Source of the DNA: an uncultured Phycisphaerales bacterium
GTDB lineage: Bacteria > Planctomycetota > Phycisphaerae > Tepidisphaerales > Tepidisphaeraceae
Length of the DNA: 64,000 bases
Direction: 5' to 3'
Assembly: GCA_963755915.1 (NCBI GenBank)
Contig: CAVWLP010000003.1
Location: 1,280,001-1,344,000, forward strand
The notes beneath the pieces are model-generated. The model was given only the letters and a program-made list of their open reading frames with translations, was not told the DNA's origin and ran no database searches. Positions 62,670-64,000 of this stretch are shown here, piece by piece. Each line of letters starts with the position of its first letter. Positions within the stretch are counted from its first letter, which is position 1. Position numbers and translations under genes: made by a program.

Positions 62670-62929
62670 TGGAACCTCATAATAAAGACCATCGCGTATT
62701 GTATGATCGGGGGCGTGCCATCTCCATCAACAGCCGGCCCCTGGCAAACCCTTGAATTTAGCCTCTGCAGGGATACCGCGGTGTGGACCCGCACATCTAC
62801 AATCGAATACTTATCGAGCCCGAACACGCCAAAATCACTGCCCCAAATCCCCCAAACCACCCAGCTTATTGCGGACTGTCAAGTTTTGTATTGCATGTCC
62901 CCCGGACAGAAAACTTATCGGCCAACCCA

Positions 62930-64000
62930 TCAGACGTTGAAAAGGAAATGCACAATGTCGCCATCGTGCATGATGTAGGACTTTCCTTCCGCGCGCATTT
63001 TACCGGCCGCCTTGATGGCCGGTTCGGTTTTAAATTGCTGAAGATCGGGCAGGGTATAAACCTCGGCACGGATGAAGCCGCGCTCGAAATCGGTGTGGAT
63101 GACGCCCGCCGCCTGGGGCGCAGTCGCGCCGATGGGGATGGTCCAGGCGCGGATTTCCTTCGGACCGGAGGTAAAGAAGCTCTGCAGGCCCAGCAGCCGA
63201 TACGCCTCGCGGGCAAGGGTGGCAAGGGCCGGTTCCTTCAAATCCATCGCGGCCAGCATTTCGCCGCGATCCGATTCCGGCAGCTCAGCGAGTTCCGCTT
63301 CAAGCTTGCCGCAGACGGGAACGACCGCCCCGGATTCCGTGGCGGCCCGCTCGCGAAGTTTCTTGACCAGCGGACCCGCACCGTGGATGTCCGATTCGTC
63401 GACGTTGGCGACGTAAAGGACTTTTTTGGCGGTGATCAGGCCCAGCGATTTGATCATCTTTTTCTCGTCGGAATCCAAATCGAGCGAGCGGACAGGCTTG
63501 GCCTGATCGAGAACGTCCTTGGCGCGCTTGAGGAGGTCGGCCTTGATGGTCGCTTCCTTGTCCCCGCTGCGGGCGAGGCGGATCGATTTGTCTAGCGAGG
63601 ACTCGACGGTTTCCAGGTCGGCCAGGGCTAGCTCGGTGTCGATGGTGTCGATGTCGCGGATCGGATCGACGGTGCCTTCAACGTGGATGATGTCGGTGCC
63701 TTCGAAGCAGCGGACGACGTGGAGGATGGCATCGACTTCGCGGATGTGGGAGAGGAACTTGTTCCCCAGCCCCTCGCCGGTGCTCGCGCCGCGGACGATG
63801 CCCGCGATATCGACGACGCGCAGCGCGGCCGGGATGATTTTTTCGGTTTCCTGGAACTGGTTGATGATTTTCAGCCGCTCATCCGGAACCGAGACGACGC
63901 CGACGTTAGGCTCGATGGTCGCGAACGGATAGTTGGCGGCGAGCGCCCCGGCCGCCGTTAGCGCGTTGAAGATGGTGCTCTTGCCGACGTTGGGGAGACC
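62930..64000 (-). CDS. ychF: Obg-like ATPase YchF (5' end beyond window)
   Basis: [50 protein letters not shown]. Confidence 0.95.
   Translation of the reverse strand, partial: GLPNVGKSTIFNALTAAGALAANYPFATIEPNVGVVSVPDERLKIINQFQETEKIIPAALRVVDIAGIVRGASTGEGLGNKFLSHIREVDAILHVVRCFEGTDIIHVEGTVDPIRDIDTIDTELALADLETVESSLDKSIRLARSGDKEATIKADLLKRAKDVLDQAKPVRSLDLDSDEKKMIKSLGLITAKKVLYVANVDESDIHGAGPLVKKLRERAATESGAVVPVCGKLEAELAELPESDRGEMLAAMDLKEPALATLAREAYRLLGLQSFFTSGPKEIRAWTIPIGATAPQAAGVIHTDFERGFIRAEVYTLPDLQQFKTEPAIKAAGKMRAEGKSYIMHDGDIVHFLFNV

Overview
GC-rich bacterial chromosomal segment, most likely Planctomycetota (Phycisphaerae/Tepidisphaerales-like). This is inferred from an LExRxLL-leader secreted protein with a dockerin-like tail, a prepilin/H-X9-DG protein, a PEP-CTERM-like protein and 'CGYDLRATPDRCPECG' proteins. 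Most of it is housekeeping or metabolic: purU, purM, lysA, folE, a uxaE-kdgK-gnd sugar-acid cluster, apt, lpxA-like, a groEL-groES-groEL-dnaJ-grpE operon, sthA, GH27 and ychF. Many genes carry single-base indels that look like sequencing/consensus errors. Accessory features are four type II TA pairs (three inside operons), an intact IS4-family element with 17-bp IRs and a 9-bp TSD, two kinds of MITE, several REP-like families, and a tandem duplication with visible breakpoints. The most striking feature is a ~3.1-kb cassette-like array (58.9-62.0 kb). It holds variable membrane-protein genes sharing a constant C-terminal Zn-ribbon, interleaved with repeated IS1-transposase 3'-tail fragments, IS1-like terminal repeats, a conserved hairpin-rich spacer and a repeated -10 promoter box. 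No rRNA, tRNA or CRISPR array was seen. Gene calls come from motif recognition only; no database searches were run.
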